From Tidjanibacter sp. (lineage in GTDB: Bacteria; Bacteroidota; Bacteroidia; Bacteroidales; Rikenellaceae), in NCBI GenBank assembly GCA_034102025.1, contig JAXEIN010000013.1, forward strand, positions 75,300 through 139,299: DNA of 64,000 bases. Direction: 5' to 3'. The notes below the pieces were generated by a model. It ran no database searches. It worked only from the letters and a program-made list of their open reading frames with translations, and was not told where the DNA came from. Each line of letters starts with the position of its first letter. Position 1 is the first letter of the stretch. The translations under genes were made by a program, and so were the position numbers. This document shows, piece by piece, positions 62,541-64,000 of this stretch.

Positions 62541-64000
62541 ATGGGAACTATCTACATCTTTATTGTCGTAGTTCTGCTCGTTTTGGCAATCGGCGGCCTT
62601 GTGGTCGGCGTGTCGAACGACGCAGTAAACTTCTTGAACTCTGCACAGGGTTCGCACGCAGCATCTCGCAAAGTAATTTTAGCCGTCGCATCGGTCGGCA
62701 TCATAATCGGCGCTCTCACTTCGAGCGGTATGATGGAAGTAGCCCGCAGCGGCGTATTCTATCCACAAAACTTCACCTTCCGCGAGGTGATGCTTTTGTT
62801 TTTAGGGGTTATGTTTGCCAACGTAATACTGCTCGATGTGTTCAATTCGCTCGGTCTGCCGACCTCTACAACAGTGTCGCTCGTCTTTGGATTGTTGGGC
62901 TCAGCCATTGCGGTGACTGCCGTCAAGATCAACAATGACCCGACGTTGACCAGTGCCGATATGTCGCAGTTTATCAACTCGGGCAAAGCATTGGTAATCA
63001 TCTCGGCCATTCTGTCGTCGGTGGTAATAGCATTTGTCACGGGTAGCCTGCTGATGTGGGTGAGTCGCGTGATTTTCACCTTCCGTTACGAAAAGATATT
63101 CAAGCGTTTCGGCTCGCTGTGGTGCGGATTGGCCTTTACGGTAATAATCTATTTTGCCATATTCAAAGGCTTGGAAAGCTCAGGCATAATGAGCGAAGAG
63201 TTCCTGAATTGGGTTTCGAACAACTCGGTGCTTGCCTTTATGGCGGTCTTTGCCGCAAGCACAGGGCTGATGGCGCTGCTCCAATTGATGAAGGTCAACA
63301 TATTGAAGATTACGATTTTGGCCGGAACATTCTCGCTCTCGTTGGCCTTTGCGGGCAACGACCTTGTGAACTTCATAGGCGTGCCCATTGCAGGCTACGA
63401 CTCCTATAAGATTGCATTGCAGGCCGGCGGAAATCCCGATATGCTTATGGGTGCGCTGAACAACCCTGTAAAGGCCGACATTTTATTCCTGCTGATTGCA
63501 GGCATAGTTATGGTGATAACGCTTTGCACCTCCAAAAAGGCACAACACGTTAGCGACACCGAGATAAATCTTTCGCGTCAGGACGAGGGAACAGAGCGTT
63601 TTGGTTCGACCGGTTTTTCACGCGCCATCGTGCGCATCTCGCTCGGATTCAACCGGTGGATTGAAGACCATACCCCCAAAAGGGCACAACAGGCCATTGC
63701 GTCGCGCTTCGAGCAACCGCAACATACCGACACCAAGAATCGCGCCCAATACGACCTGATACGTGCCACGGTAAACCTGACCGCCTCGTCAATGCTCATC
63801 GTTTTGGCCACTTCACTCAAACTGCCGCTCTCGACCACCTATGTCACCTTTATGGTGGCTATGGGTACGTCGTTGGCCGACAAGGCGTGGGGCCGCGAGA
63901 GCGCCGTCTACCGCATCACGGGCGTAATCACCGTTATTGCAGGGTGGTTCATCACCGCATTGGTGGCCTTCATCATTGCTCTGCTCATCACATTCCTGCT
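62541..64000 (+). CDS. PiT/PHO4-family inorganic phosphate transporter, N-terminal part (continues past window end)
   Basis: It is not in the ORF track because it has no stop. My translation from ATG 62541 is MGTIYIFIVVVLLVLAIGGLVVGVSNDAVNFLNSA...LAFAGNDLVNFIGVP...MGTSLADKAWGRESAVYRITGV. The frame stays open to base 64000 and contains two (G/S)NDxxNF-type PiT motifs. Confidence 0.82.
   Translation, partial: MGTIYIFIVVVLLVLAIGGLVVGVSNDAVNFLNSAQGSHAASRKVILAVASVGIIIGALTSSGMMEVARSGVFYPQNFTFREVMLLFLGVMFANVILLDVFNSLGLPTSTTVSLVFGLLGSAIAVTAVKINNDPTLTSADMSQFINSGKALVIISAILSSVVIAFVTGSLLMWVSRVIFTFRYEKIFKRFGSLWCGLAFTVIIYFAIFKGLESSGIMSEEFLNWVSNNSVLAFMAVFAASTGLMALLQLMKVNILKITILAGTFSLSLAFAGNDLVNFIGVPIAGYDSYKIALQAGGNPDMLMGALNNPVKADILFLLIAGIVMVITLCTSKKAQHVSDTEINLSRQDEGTERFGSTGFSRAIVRISLGFNRWIEDHTPKRAQQAIASRFEQPQHTDTKNRAQYDLIRATVNLTASSMLIVLATSLKLPLSTTYVTFMVAMGTSLADKAWGRESAVYRITGVITVIAGWFITALVAFIIALLITFL

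Overview
This window looks like a Bacteroidota (Bacteroidales-type) chromosomal segment. The evidence is three SusC/SusD-type loci, a hybrid two-component sensor, a SusR-type regulator, TAnnTTTG -7 boxes and many lipoprotein signals. It holds about 50 protein genes, mostly on the minus strand. I saw no rRNA, tRNA, CRISPR array, transposase or integrase.

Layout:
- 1-11.5 kb: the end of a PUL (partial SusC) fused to an amino-sugar catabolic module (agaS-like, agaZ-like, DeoR repressor, PfkB kinase). It also carries exported PHP, amidohydrolase and clan GH-D glycosidase genes.
- 11.7-32.8 kb: a ten-gene minus-strand PUL. In order: HTCS sensor, two unassignable paralogous lipoproteins, a 1129-aa amidotransferase-like/(alpha/alpha)6 fusion, two GH127-type enzymes, SusC, SusD, a fasciclin-like lipoprotein and one more lipoprotein.
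- 33-38.5 kb: a BACON-LRR lipoprotein, an M1 aminopeptidase and a CotH-like lipoprotein.
- 38.6-50 kb: a Sus-like locus (SusR-type regulator, SusC, SusD, SusE/F-like, GH27-like, tiny lipoprotein, GH97).
- 50.5-57.5 kb: housekeeping genes (rimM, rpsP, NSS transporter, TrmH-family methyltransferase, M20 amidohydrolase, glutaminyl cyclase, serS, a 56-aa ferredoxin missing from the ORF track).
- 57.6-62.3 kb: an exported three-gene cluster ending in a WG-repeat/caspase fusion.
- 62.5-64 kb: a partial PiT phosphate transporter.

Most worth a second look:
- the ATGA-coupled paralogous lipoprotein pair and the large fusion protein in the GH127-type PUL;
- the secreted WG-repeat caspase cluster;
- a repeated intergenic element family (a conserved GGGAGTGTCTAAC-N6-GTTAGACACTCCC hairpin, a GGGCCCAAAGG-rich core and adjacent microsatellite-like arrays);
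- GTTTC-triplet candidate operators in both aga-type control regions;
- a 0.5-kb non-coding stretch with an orphan plus-strand terminator.

All functional calls come from motif recognition by eye. No database search was run.
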